A DNA stretch of 64,000 nt from an uncultured delta proteobacterium (lineage in GTDB: Bacteria; Desulfobacterota; Binatia; DP-6), in assembly GCA_963815115.1 (NCBI GenBank), contig CAWFFN010000007.1:352001-416000 (forward strand). Reading direction: 5' to 3'. A model generated the notes under the pieces. That model saw only the letters and a program-made list of their open reading frames with translations, did no database searches and was not told the origin of the DNA. Below, one piece after another: positions 38,437 to 48,208 of the stretch. Position 1 is the first letter of the stretch; each line of letters starts with the position of its first letter. Position numbers and translations under genes: made by a program.

Positions 38437-40095
38437 GTGAGCGCGCGACTGCTGGTGATCGGGCTGGACGGCGCGACCCTGGATCTGGTCGCGCCCTGGG
38501 CAGCCGCCGGTGACCTGCCCGTGCTCGCGCAACTGATGGCGACCGGCGCGTGGGGCCCGCTGCGCTCGACCGTGCCCCCGGCGACCTTCCCCGCGTGGAC
38601 GTCCCTGGTCACCGGCGTCAACCCGGGCCGGCACGGCGTCCTCGACTTCGTCGAGCGCGTGCCCGGGACCTTGCACGTCCGCTTCGTGAACGGGAGCCAG
38701 CGGCGGGCGCCCGCCCTGTGGTCGCGCCTGTCGGCAGCAGGGCGGCGCGTCGCGGTGCTCACCGTTCCGGCGACCTATCCTCCCGAGCCGGTGAACGGCG
38801 TGATGGTGAGCGGGTTCGACAGTCCGGTGACCAGCGCGATCGACGGCTCCTTCGTGTTCCCGCGCGCCTTCCACGCCGAGGTGGAGCGGCTGGTCGGACG
38901 GGTGCCGTTCGCGGACTTCCAGGAGGTACGCACCGGCCGCCGCTGGCACGAGCGAGCGCGGGCGAGCCTGCTGGACGGCGTCGAGCGGCGCGCGACCTTG
39001 ACCGAGGCTCTCCTGCGCCGCGAGCCCTGGGACGCCTGCATGGTGGTGTTCGGCGAGTCCGACACGGTGGCGCACCACTTCTGGCGCTACCACGATCCCG
39101 GGTCGCCACGGCACGCCCCGGGGAAGCACGCCGATGCCATCGCCGCGGTCTATCGAGCGCTCGACGCCGCCATCGGACGCCTGATCGCGGCGGCGGGTGA
39201 GGCGACCGTCGCCATCGTCTCGGACCATGGCAGTGGAGGCGCGGGCGACCGGGTGGTTCATCTGAACCGCTACCTCGCGTCGCAGGGCTTCCTGGGGTTA
39301 CGTGCGGGTGGGAGCGTGGCGCGGGCCGCGCGGCGCCTCGCGCTGCGAGCCGTCCCGTTCCGGCTTCAGGGCTCGCTGCTGCGACGCCTGCCGGGCGCTG
39401 CCGGCCGGCTCGAGGGCGGGGCGCGTTTCGGCGGGATCGACTGGGCGCGTACCGCCGCGTTCTCGGAAGAGCTCGACTACCACCCGAGCGTGTGGATCAA
39501 CCTCGCGGGGCGCGATGCGCACGGCACGGTCGCCGCCGCGGACTACGAACGGACGCGGGACGCCGTGGCGCAGGCGCTCACCCGCTGGCACGACGGCGCG
39601 GGCATGCCGGTGGTCGAGCGGGTGTGGCGGCGCGAAGAGGTGTACCGGGGACCGGCGACCGAGCGGGCGCCGGACCTTCTCCTCGAGCTTGCCGCGCCAG
39701 ACGGCTACAGCCAGTCCTGCCTGCGCAGCGCGGGACCGGGGCCGGCGCTGCGCCGCCTGACGGCCGCGGAGCACGGCGCAGGGAAGGGCGGCGGACTGAA
39801 CGGCACCCACCGGTCCGACGGCCTCGTCGTGCTCTGCGGACCGGGCGTTCGCCGGACGGCGATCGAGGACGCCCACATCGTCGACGTGCTGCCCACGCTC
39901 CTGACGCTCGCGGGCATGCCGGTCCCGGCGGGACTCGACGGCCGGTGCATCGCGGCGGCGCTGACGAGCGCGACGCGCTACGAGCCCGATCCGCTCCTGG
40001 AGCGCGAGCGGCAGCCGGTGCCCTACGCCGAGGCGGAAAGCCGGGAGATCGCGACCAGGCTCGCCAGCCTGGGGTACCTGGAGCCGGCGCCCTGA
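38437..40095 (+). CDS. Alkaline phosphatase superfamily (type I phosphodiesterase/NPP-like) protein with LGY tail
   Basis: IGLDGAT; STVPPATFPAWTS; SDHG; GTHRSDG; ends YAEAESREIATRLASLGYLEPAP. Confidence 0.88.
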   Translation: MSARLLVIGLDGATLDLVAPWAAAGDLPVLAQLMATGAWGPLRSTVPPATFPAWTSLVTGVNPGRHGVLDFVERVPGTLHVRFVNGSQRRAPALWSRLSAAGRRVAVLTVPATYPPEPVNGVMVSGFDSPVTSAIDGSFVFPRAFHAEVERLVGRVPFADFQEVRTGRRWHERARASLLDGVERRATLTEALLRREPWDACMVVFGESDTVAHHFWRYHDPGSPRHAPGKHADAIAAVYRALDAAIGRLIAAAGEATVAIVSDHGSGGAGDRVVHLNRYLASQGFLGLRAGGSVARAARRLALRAVPFRLQGSLLRRLPGAAGRLEGGARFGGIDWARTAAFSEELDYHPSVWINLAGRDAHGTVAAADYERTRDAVAQALTRWHDGAGMPVVERVWRREEVYRGPATERAPDLLLELAAPDGYSQSCLRSAGPGPALRRLTAAEHGAGKGGGLNGTHRSDGLVVLCGPGVRRTAIEDAHIVDVLPTLLTLAGMPVPAGLDGRCIAAALTSATRYEPDPLLERERQPVPYAEAESREIATRLASLGYLEPAP

Positions 40096-41228
40096 TGCGG
40101 GTCGCGCTCGTGATCGCCGGCCCGTACCCGGCTCATCGGGGCTCGCAGGTCCTGGTATCGCACCTCGCTCGCGGGCTCGGCGAGCGAGGCCACGACGTCT
40201 GCGTGGTCACCTACGGCGACCGCCTCGGGCGGCGCCCGGGGCCGCGACCAGGCCGCGTCCTGCTGGACGCGGTGCTGGTGGCCCGCCTGTGGCGCGTCGT
40301 GCGGCGCGACCGGATCGACGTCATCCACGCGCACAACTACGAAGCCGCCATCGCGGGGCTCCTGGTCGGGCGTGCGACGGGTCGCCCGCTCGTCTACCAC
40401 GGTCACAGCGCGCTGGCGCGGGAGCTGCCCACGTACGTCTCCGGGGCGGCTGCCCGCCGGGCGATGGGAAGGCTCGGACGGCTCCTCGACGCGCACGTGC
40501 CGCGGCGGGCGGATTTCTGCATCGCGGTGACCGAGGACCTGGGTGCTCACCTCCGCCGCACGGGCGTACACGAGCAGTCCCTCGCGTGCATCGCGCCCGC
40601 CGGCGCGCCGGACGAGCTGGCGGACGGTCGGGCAACAGCGGCCGAGCCCGGGCTCGTGTGCTACGCCGGCAACCTCGACGGCTACCAGAACCTCGACTTT
40701 TTGCTGCGCAGCTTCACGCTGGTGCGCGCCGCGGTCCCCGGGACCCGGCTCGTCCTGCTGACCCACGCCGAAGCGCGGGCCCACGCCGCCCGGATGACCG
40801 GGGCGGCCATGCCCCCGGACGTGGACATCGTCCAGGCGGCGTCGTACGAGGAGGTGCGCGATCGACTCGGGGCGGCCGCGGTCGCCGTCTGTCCCCGCGC
40901 GGAGCGCTCGGGGTTCCCCATGAAGCTTCTCAACTACATGGCGGCGGGCAAGGCGATCGTCGCGTGCGCCGGATCCGCCAAGGGCCTCGTCGACGGCGTC
41001 ACCGCCCGCGTGGTGCCCGACGAGGACGTCGCGGGATTCGCGGGCGCGGTGGTATCGCTGCTGCGCGATCCGGCCGCCCGGGCCCGGCTCGGCAGCGCCG
41101 CGCGCCGGGCGGTCGACAGCCGGGAGGCGTGGGACCAGGTCCTCGACCGGATCGAGTCCATCTATCGACAGGTGGTGACGGGGGCGCGGCGCGCGCTGCT
41201 TCCCGTCGCCGCACGGAGTGACGCATGA
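40095..41228 (+). CDS. Glycosyltransferase family 4
   Basis: IHAHNYE; YAGNLDGYQ; GFPMKLLNYMAAGK. Confidence 0.88.
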   Translation: MRVALVIAGPYPAHRGSQVLVSHLARGLGERGHDVCVVTYGDRLGRRPGPRPGRVLLDAVLVARLWRVVRRDRIDVIHAHNYEAAIAGLLVGRATGRPLVYHGHSALARELPTYVSGAAARRAMGRLGRLLDAHVPRRADFCIAVTEDLGAHLRRTGVHEQSLACIAPAGAPDELADGRATAAEPGLVCYAGNLDGYQNLDFLLRSFTLVRAAVPGTRLVLLTHAEARAHAARMTGAAMPPDVDIVQAASYEEVRDRLGAAAVAVCPRAERSGFPMKLLNYMAAGKAIVACAGSAKGLVDGVTARVVPDEDVAGFAGAVVSLLRDPAARARLGSAARRAVDSREAWDQVLDRIESIYRQVVTGARRALLPVAARSDA

Positions 41229-42262
41229 CGAGACCTCGTGTCGCGATCACGATGGGCGATGCCGCCGGCATCGGTCCGGAGATCACCGTGAAGTCGCTGG
41301 CCGACCCGCGCGTGCTCGAGTGGTGCATCCCGTTCGTCATCGGCGACGCGCGGGTTCTCGAGCGCGCCATGGAGGCCACCGGCACGCGCCTCGCCGTCCG
41401 TCGGCTCGCCGCCCCCGGCGACGCCAGCGGTACGACGGGAACGCTCGACGTCCTCGACGACGCCGCGATCGACATGGCCACGCATCGCTGGGGCGAGATC
41501 GACCCGCGCTATGGCGAGGCGGCGGTGCGCTGGACCAAGCAGGCCGGACGGCTCGCTCTGACGGGCGAGATCGACGCCATGGTGTCGGCGCCGCTCAACA
41601 AGGAGGCCATGCACGCGGCCGGGTATCCCTACGAGGGCCAGACCGAGGTGCTCGGCGAGCTCACGGCCAGCAGGCCGGCGATGGTCATGGTGGTCGACCG
41701 CATGCGGCTCATGCTGTTCACGAACCACATGGCGCTGCGAGCGGTGTGCGAGTACCTGCGCACCGACCGCGTCCTCGATCGGCTCGTCCTCGCCGACGCG
41801 GCACTGCGCGACATGGGGATCGCCGGGCCCCGCATCGCCGTCGCCGGCCTCAACCCCCACGCCGGCGAGAACGGCGCCTTCGGGCGCGAGGAGCTCGACG
41901 CGATCGTGCCGGCCATCGAGGCGGCGCGGGCGCGTGGAATCGACGCGCGGGGACCGTTCCCCGCGGACACCGTCTTCCTCAAGTCACGCGAAGGCGCCTA
42001 CGACCTCACGCTCGCGCTGTACCACGATCAGGGGCTGATGGCGGTGAAGCTGGTCGGCTTCGGCCGGGTGGTGACGCTCCTCATCGGGCTGCCGCTCATC
42101 CGCACCTCGACCGGCCACGGCACGGCGTTCGACATCGCCGGCAAGAACATCGCCGATCACGTCAATCTGCTCGAGGCGGTCCGGGTCGCAGCCGAGGTGG
42201 CGCGCGGCAAGCAGGGGTCGCCCGAGCGGGGCCTGGCGGCGGCGTTCGGGAGAGCGGCGTGA
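41225..42262 (+). CDS. pdxA: PdxA family dehydrogenase (probably PdxA2, 4-phospho-acid-sugar dehydrogenase)
   Basis: MGDAAGIGPE; APLNKE; GLNPHAGE; GPFPADT; YHDQG; IRTSTGHGTAFDIAGK. Confidence 0.92.
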   Translation: MTRPRVAITMGDAAGIGPEITVKSLADPRVLEWCIPFVIGDARVLERAMEATGTRLAVRRLAAPGDASGTTGTLDVLDDAAIDMATHRWGEIDPRYGEAAVRWTKQAGRLALTGEIDAMVSAPLNKEAMHAAGYPYEGQTEVLGELTASRPAMVMVVDRMRLMLFTNHMALRAVCEYLRTDRVLDRLVLADAALRDMGIAGPRIAVAGLNPHAGENGAFGREELDAIVPAIEAARARGIDARGPFPADTVFLKSREGAYDLTLALYHDQGLMAVKLVGFGRVVTLLIGLPLIRTSTGHGTAFDIAGKNIADHVNLLEAVRVAAEVARGKQGSPERGLAAAFGRAA

Positions 42263-42891
42263 GTCCGTCGCGCATCATCGACATCTCCGTCGCCAACGGC
42301 CCCGCGCAGCACGTCTATCCCGGCGATCCGCCGCCGCGCGTCGAGCAGGCGAAGGCGATCCGGGCGGGCGATGTCTGCAACGTGTCGCTGCTCACCATGG
42401 GCAGCCATACCGGGACCCACGTCGACGCGCCGTACCACTTCATCGAGGGCGGCGCTCGGCTGGGCGACGTCGCACTCGAGCGCATGGTGGGCGAGGCGGT
42501 CGTCGTCGACCTCCGCGGCCGGGCGGCGGTCGATGCCGCGGCCCTCGAGGGGGCGTCATTGCGAGCGGGCGACATCCTGCTCTGCCGCACCGACAACTCG
42601 TGGCGCTGGAACGCCGCCGAGTTCCAGCGCGACTTCGTGTACCTGACCCTGGACGCGGCCTCCTTGCTGGTCGAGCATGGCATCCGGGCCGTGGGCATGG
42701 ACTACCTGTCGATCGAGCAGTTCGGGAGCAGCGACTTTCCCGTGCATCACCGGCTGCTCGGGGCAGGCGTGTTCGTGATCGAGGGGCTCGACCTGCGTGC
42801 CGTCGAACCCGGGCGCTACACGCTGGTGTGCCTGCCGCTCAAGTTTCCCGACCTCGACGGCGCGCCGGCGCGAGCGGTCCTCCTCGGCTGA
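42259..42891 (+). CDS. Cyclase/kynurenine formamidase-like metal hydrolase
   Basis: HTGTHVDAPYH; GMDYLS; IEGL; DGAPARAV. Confidence 0.9.
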   Translation: MSPSRIIDISVANGPAQHVYPGDPPPRVEQAKAIRAGDVCNVSLLTMGSHTGTHVDAPYHFIEGGARLGDVALERMVGEAVVVDLRGRAAVDAAALEGASLRAGDILLCRTDNSWRWNAAEFQRDFVYLTLDAASLLVEHGIRAVGMDYLSIEQFGSSDFPVHHRLLGAGVFVIEGLDLRAVEPGRYTLVCLPLKFPDLDGAPARAVLLG

Positions 42892-42904
42892 GGTGGCGGC
42901 CGCG

Positions 42905-44140
42905 GTGGACGCCCTGTACGTGATTGCCGACGATCTCACCGGGGCATGCGACGTCGGGGCCGCCCTGCTGCCGTGGCCGGCAGGGATCGCCGTCCATCCC
43001 GATGGGACGGCGGCACACGTCGCCGGCGATGAGACGGGGACGCTCATGGTGCGCAACACCCAGAGCCGGACGCTGTCTGCCGTCGAGGCGGCAGGCCGCG
43101 TGCGGTCCGCGCTGGCGCCGCTCGGCGGGAGCTTCCGCGGCATCGTTCTCAAGAAGATCGACACCGGCCTGCGGGGGCAGCTCGGGGCGGAGCTCGATGC
43201 GGCCATGGATGCGCTCGGCGCCGCGGAGGCGTTCGTGCTGCCGGCGATCCCGGAGGTCGGCCGCACCACGCTGCGCGGCGTTCAGCTGATCGACGGCGTG
43301 CCGGTGCACCGGACCGCGTTCGGTCGGGATCCCGAGAATCCGGTTTCCGACGCGAACGTCACGCGCGTGATCGCGGCCACGGCGCGCCGCCGCTCGGAGA
43401 CGGTGGCGCTCGAAGCGGTGCGCCAGCCCGGCGGAGTGGCCCGGGCCATCGAGGCGGCGAGAGCGCGCGGCGCCTGCATCCTGGTGGTGGACGCGGAGAC
43501 GGACGGTGATCTCGAGACGGTGGTCGAGGTGTTGCTGGCGCGCCCGCGACCGCTCCTCCTGGCGGGATCCATCGGCCTGGCCCGCGCGCTCCGGCGCGTG
43601 CTCTCGGGGGCGAGCGACGGGGTGGGTGGCCCGGCGGCGGGGCGGACCGGCGGGACGGGCGTGCTGGTGGTCAGCGGCAGCGCGCACCCCGTGGCGCGCG
43701 CGCAGCGCGAGTACGCAGTGCGCCGCGAGGCCCTCTCCGTGCTCGAGGTGAATCCCGGACCGGGCGCCGAGGCGACGGGCCGGGAGGCGGGCCGCCTGCT
43801 GGCGAACGAGATGAAGGTGGCCCTGGTGTCACCGGAGCGCCGGCTGTGCGGGTCCGAACGGGCGATCGCGGAGGCCTTGCGGGTGGCCGCCTGCGCTGCG
43901 CTCGCGGTGACGCGCGCTCGGGGCCTGGTGCTGATCGGCGGCGAGACGGCCTTCCACGTGCTCGGCGGGCTCGGGCATCCGTGCATCTCGATCGAGCAGC
44001 GGCTCGGGCCCCTCATCGTTCAGGGCCGCCTGCTGCACGGCGTGCACCGGGATATCCGGGTCGTCACCAAGGGAGGCTCGAGCGGACGCGAGGATCTCCT
44101 GGCCGACGTCGTCGCGGTGCTGGCGGGCGGGGGCGTGTGA
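42905..44140 (+). CDS. Four-carbon acid sugar kinase (DUF1537 family)
   Basis: IADDLTGACD; KKIDTGLRG; GGETA; TKGG. Confidence 0.9.
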   Translation: MDALYVIADDLTGACDVGAALLPWPAGIAVHPDGTAAHVAGDETGTLMVRNTQSRTLSAVEAAGRVRSALAPLGGSFRGIVLKKIDTGLRGQLGAELDAAMDALGAAEAFVLPAIPEVGRTTLRGVQLIDGVPVHRTAFGRDPENPVSDANVTRVIAATARRRSETVALEAVRQPGGVARAIEAARARGACILVVDAETDGDLETVVEVLLARPRPLLLAGSIGLARALRRVLSGASDGVGGPAAGRTGGTGVLVVSGSAHPVARAQREYAVRREALSVLEVNPGPGAEATGREAGRLLANEMKVALVSPERRLCGSERAIAEALRVAACAALAVTRARGLVLIGGETAFHVLGGLGHPCISIEQRLGPLIVQGRLLHGVHRDIRVVTKGGSSGREDLLADVVAVLAGGGV

Positions 44141-44601
44141 TGCAGGTCGCCGACGGAACGGTGGTCGCCATCGAGTACACCGTCCACCTCGCGGACGGCA
44201 CGCTGCTCGACTCGACGGGCGACTGCGGTCCGGTGACGGTGATGGTCGGGTCCGGGCAGCTCTTTCCCGCACTCGAGGATCGCATCGCCGGCATGCAGCC
44301 CGGCGAGACCCGCCAGGTGAGCATCCCCGCAGCGGATGCCTACGGGGAGTGGCGGCAGGAGCTGGTGCGGCAGATGCCGCGCAGCCGCTTGCCTCCGGAC
44401 CTCGTCCTCGAGGTCGGGCACGAGTACCGTTTGAAGAGTCCCGACGGCAAGGTGCTGCGCTTCCGGCTGCTCCGGCTCGACGGCGACATGGTCGAGGCCG
44501 ACTTCAATCGCCCGCAAGCCGGTCAGGACCTGCGTGCCATGGTCACCGTCGTCGGGGTGCGGGCCCCGACCCCCGAGGAGGAGCGGCGGGGGCGGGTGTG
44601 A
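44140..44601 (+). CDS. slyD: FKBP-type peptidyl-prolyl isomerase (SlyD/SlpA type, no His-rich tail)
   Basis: VAIEYT..DGTLLDST; AYGE; DFNRPQAGQDL; RAPTPEE. Confidence 0.85.
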   Translation: MQVADGTVVAIEYTVHLADGTLLDSTGDCGPVTVMVGSGQLFPALEDRIAGMQPGETRQVSIPAADAYGEWRQELVRQMPRSRLPPDLVLEVGHEYRLKSPDGKVLRFRLLRLDGDMVEADFNRPQAGQDLRAMVTVVGVRAPTPEEERRGRV

Positions 44602-46830
44602 TCGCGCCGCCCGCGCCCGGCTGCCGCGTGGCGAGGGGACCGAGGAGACGGAAGCCGGTGCGGCCACCGAGCGCCAGCGCCTTCCCCCAGTCGCCGACCG
44701 TCAGCGCCGCCGCAACCGCGAGGGCGCGTTCGCGATATCGCCGATCACCGGTGCGAGCCGCGAGGTAGCCCAGCGGCAGCGCGTAGCGCGCGTCGGGAAA
44801 GCGGTCGGGCGGGGCCGTCACGAGCGCGTCGGCGTAGCGCGTGAGCCAGTCGAGCAGGCGCGGTTCCCCGTCGACGGCATGGACCGCGGCGAGGCCGTCG
44901 GCGAGGATGCCGATCTTCCAGTCGGCCGCTGCCGGGGAGGGCTCCCACGCATCGAGGCCCGCCGTCGCGAAGTGGCTGGCGGCGTCGCGGTACTTCGTCT
45001 CTCCCGTGGAGTCGGCCAGCGCGGCGAGCGCGATCATCGGCCATCCGAAGTGTCTGGGGTTGGCGGCCTTGCCCACCCGTCCGGCGAGCGCGTCGCCCAT
45101 CGCGCGCGCGGCGGCGAGGGAGCGGGGATCGCCGGTGAGACGGTGGTGGGTGATCAGGCCCTCGAGCCAGGTGTGGCCGAGATCGACGTTCTGCGGTGAC
45201 TCGGGCGCGAAGTGTCCCGCCTTGTGCGGATGGTTCAGCCCGACGCGGTCGGGATGCTCGGGATCGTGGTGCAGGATGTCGACGTCGCGATAGTGCAGCG
45301 CCGCGGCGGCGAAGCCGTCGAAGAACTCGCGCTTGCCGGTGGCGACCCAGCCGAGGCCGAGCACCTGCGTCAGGTCGTACTCCAGGTTGCCCCAGGCGTC
45401 GCAGCCCTCCCGGTGGTCGCGGTAGCCGGGAAAGTTCCAGTCCCCCCAGTTGAGGGCGCCGAAGTAGCCTACCCGCGGCCGTTCGGAGGCGCGTTCGGGG
45501 CAGGGCACGGGTGGTCCGTCGTCCCAGGATTCCGTGCGGACGCGCTTCTGGTAGCGGGTGAAGCTGGCCGACAGGCGATCCAGGAAGGAGGCCGCGCCGG
45601 TCGCCCGGGGGTCGAGTGACTGGGCGAGGGCACGCGTGGACACCACCCACCCCGCGTCGACGTGCGCCACGAGCGGCGCCGCGAGCGCCGCGGCGAGCTC
45701 CTCCGGAGACGTGGCGGCGGCCGGCGGCTGGACGGCGATCCATACCTCGTGCGTCTTGGCCGCCCCGCGCCCGAGGCGCACCGGGTCGGCGGCGCCCGCG
45801 AGCAGGCCGAGGCGGAGGCCGTCCTTTGCGAGGCGCAGCTCCTGGGGATACTGCTGCCAGCAGAGCGGCGAGACGATGATGACGGCCGCCGCGTCGTTTC
45901 GCGCTCGCGCCCAGCAATCGGCGTGGCCTCCGACGCCGTTGCCGTCGAGGAGCGCTTCGCCCGCATCCTCCTGGCGGACCGTGTGGCTCTCCGCGGCGAG
46001 TCGTCGAAGCGGCGCGTGCTGCCGGCGAGCCCCGTCTCGCCGGTCGTGAACGCCGCCGGTATCGCCAGCGTCATCGCCCGGAGCGGGAGATAGGGTGCGG
46101 ATCCCATGTGGGTGAGCGTGAGGCGCAAGCGCAGGGCGGGCTGGCCGGCGAACGCCGCCAGCCGCGCTTCGTAGGTGGCACCGTCAGCCCGGGTGCCACG
46201 CAGCAGGAGCTCGGTGCGCACGGGACCCTGCGTCTCGACCACCGTCGGGTGCGGCACGAAGCCGGCGCGCGCCCCTCCGGCGACGTCGACATCGGGCAGG
46301 GGGATCGGACCGAGCAGGCGTCTGCCCCCCGCGTCCACCCCGCGCGCGATCGCCGAGCCGTCGGTGGGTACGGAAACGCGCAGCGCGCCGCCGTCGATCA
46401 GCCGGACGTCGGGGCGCGATTCCAGACGGATCCGGGGTCCCGGAGCCGGCTCGGGCGGCGAGCCCTGCCGGAGCGTGTAGGTGGTCTCGGCGTTTGCCCG
46501 GACGTCGGCCAGGAAATCGACCAGGAGCCAGCGCACCGTGGCGTCGGGCCAGCGCTCGAGGACCGTGGTCTGTGAGCGCGCCGCCGCTCCGCCCGGCGCT
46601 GCCACCCAGACACGGCCGGGGTCGCGGACCGCGCCGCGCGGGAGCGGCACGCCGGTCGAGACCGGGGCCTGGTGGCGCGTGATGCCGGCGGGCTCCTCGA
46701 TCCCGAGCGGCACCGCGAGCGGCGCTGCCCGGGCGGACGAGCAGGCCAGGGCGATCGACTGCATGGCCGCGACGATGCCGGGAAGGGTGAAGCGGTGGCG
46801 CGCTGGGACGATGGACGGGAGCGGGCGCAC
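44543..46830 (-). CDS. Secreted PcRGLX/YetA-like (exo-rhamnogalacturonan lyase-like) protein; one apparent frameshift at ~46000
   Basis: N-terminal PVSTGVPLPRGAV...RWPDATVRWLLVDF; adding one C at gacgac|tcgcc gives RRFDDLAAESHTVRQ...WQQYPQ, continuing into ORF 44543-45781 (WGNLEYD, HYRDVD, GHTW), an (alpha/alpha) barrel region. Confidence 0.7.
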
Positions 46831-46935
46831 CGACGGTGCTGCTAGCACCGGACACCTGGCCCGGCAAATCCGCCACGCTGCCCGTGCAGGCGTGCAGCTT
46901 GCGACCCGGGGCGCCCTTGCATAGAGTCCGCCCTC

Positions 46936-47907
46936 GTGGCGAAGGGCACACTCTACCTGGTCACCGGCGGCGCCGGCTTCATCGGTTCGAACGTCGTGGA
47001 GGGACTCGTCCGGCGCGGCGATCGCGTGCGCGTGCTCGACAATCTCTCCACCGGTCGGCGCGAGAACCTGACGGGATTCGACGGGGTCGAGCTCGCCGAG
47101 GGCGACCTGCGCGATCCGGAAGCCGTACGGCGAGCCGTGGCCGGGGTCGAGGGCGTCTTCCATCAGGCGGCGCTGCGCTCGGTCCCGCGCTCGGTCGACG
47201 ACCCGATGAGCACCAACGACGTCAACGTCGGCGGGACGCTGAACCTGCTGATGGCCTGTCGCGAGGCGAAGGTCCGCCGGGTGGTGTACGCCTCCTCGTC
47301 GTCGGCCTACGGCGACGATCCCGCGCTCCCCAAGGTCGAGACCCTGCCGGCCAACCCGATCTCGCCGTATGCCGTCTCCAAGCTCGCCGCGGAGCACTAC
47401 TGCCGCACCTTCGCGCGGCTCTACGGGCTGGAGACGGTGAGCCTGCGCTACTTCAACGTCTTCGGGCCGCGCCAGAACCCGGAGTCGAAGTACTCCGCCG
47501 TCATCCCTCGGTTCCTCCAGCTGGCGCTCCAGCACGAGCCGCTCGAGATCCACGGCGATGGCGAGCAGTCGCGTGACTTCACCTACATCGACAACGTCGT
47601 GCAGGGGAACCTGCGGGCGATGGACACCCCCGGCGTCTCCGGCGAGGTCTTCAACCTCGCCTGCGGTACGCGCCATTCACTGCTGGCGATCGCCGATGCC
47701 ATCGGCGCGTTCCTCGGGCGCGAACTGCCGCGAACGCACACGCCGCCGCGAGCCGGCGACGTGCGTCACACGCTCGCCGACATCTCCAAGGCCGAGCGGC
47801 TGCTGGGCTACCGGCCCCAGGTCGACTTCGCGACCGGCATCCGACAGACCTGCGAATACTTCGTCAAGCGCTTCGGTGGGGACTCGCCCGCCGCGGCTGC
47901 CTCGTAG
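46936..47907 (+). CDS. NAD-dependent nucleotide-sugar 4-epimerase (WbpP/GalE type SDR)
   Basis: TGGAGFIGS; HQAALRSVPRS; YAVSK; RYFNVFGPRQ; RDFTY. Confidence 0.93.
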   Translation: MAKGTLYLVTGGAGFIGSNVVEGLVRRGDRVRVLDNLSTGRRENLTGFDGVELAEGDLRDPEAVRRAVAGVEGVFHQAALRSVPRSVDDPMSTNDVNVGGTLNLLMACREAKVRRVVYASSSSAYGDDPALPKVETLPANPISPYAVSKLAAEHYCRTFARLYGLETVSLRYFNVFGPRQNPESKYSAVIPRFLQLALQHEPLEIHGDGEQSRDFTYIDNVVQGNLRAMDTPGVSGEVFNLACGTRHSLLAIADAIGAFLGRELPRTHTPPRAGDVRHTLADISKAERLLGYRPQVDFATGIRQTCEYFVKRFGGDSPAAAAS

Positions 47908-47925
47908 GGCGCGGCGCCGGGTCCC

Positions 47926-48207
47926 GTGGCCCTCGACGTCCTGCGCGAGGCCGACGACCTGGTCCGCGTGCTGGCGGACCTGGACGCCCGCCTGGCGCGC
48001 GCCGGAGTGCCCGGCCTCCCTGGACCCTCGGCGGTCGACGCCGATGCCGAGCGGGCGCTCGCGGCCTTCAGCCAGCAGGAGATGGCCTGGGCGATCGAAC
48101 GCGTCCGGCGCCTGATCGACATGCTGGTCGACCTCCAGTCGCGGCTCCAGGGGCTGCGCGCACTGAAGACGCGCGGAGCGAGGCTCGGGGAGCAGGGGAC
48201 GCCGTAG
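47926..48207 (+). CDS. Small helical protein, apparent paralog of 10171-10473
   Basis: 93-aa ORF in the operon; hand alignment with the 10171 product. Confidence 0.6.
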   Translation: MALDVLREADDLVRVLADLDARLARAGVPGLPGPSAVDADAERALAAFSQQEMAWAIERVRRLIDMLVDLQSRLQGLRALKTRGARLGEQGTP

Positions 48208-48208
48208 C

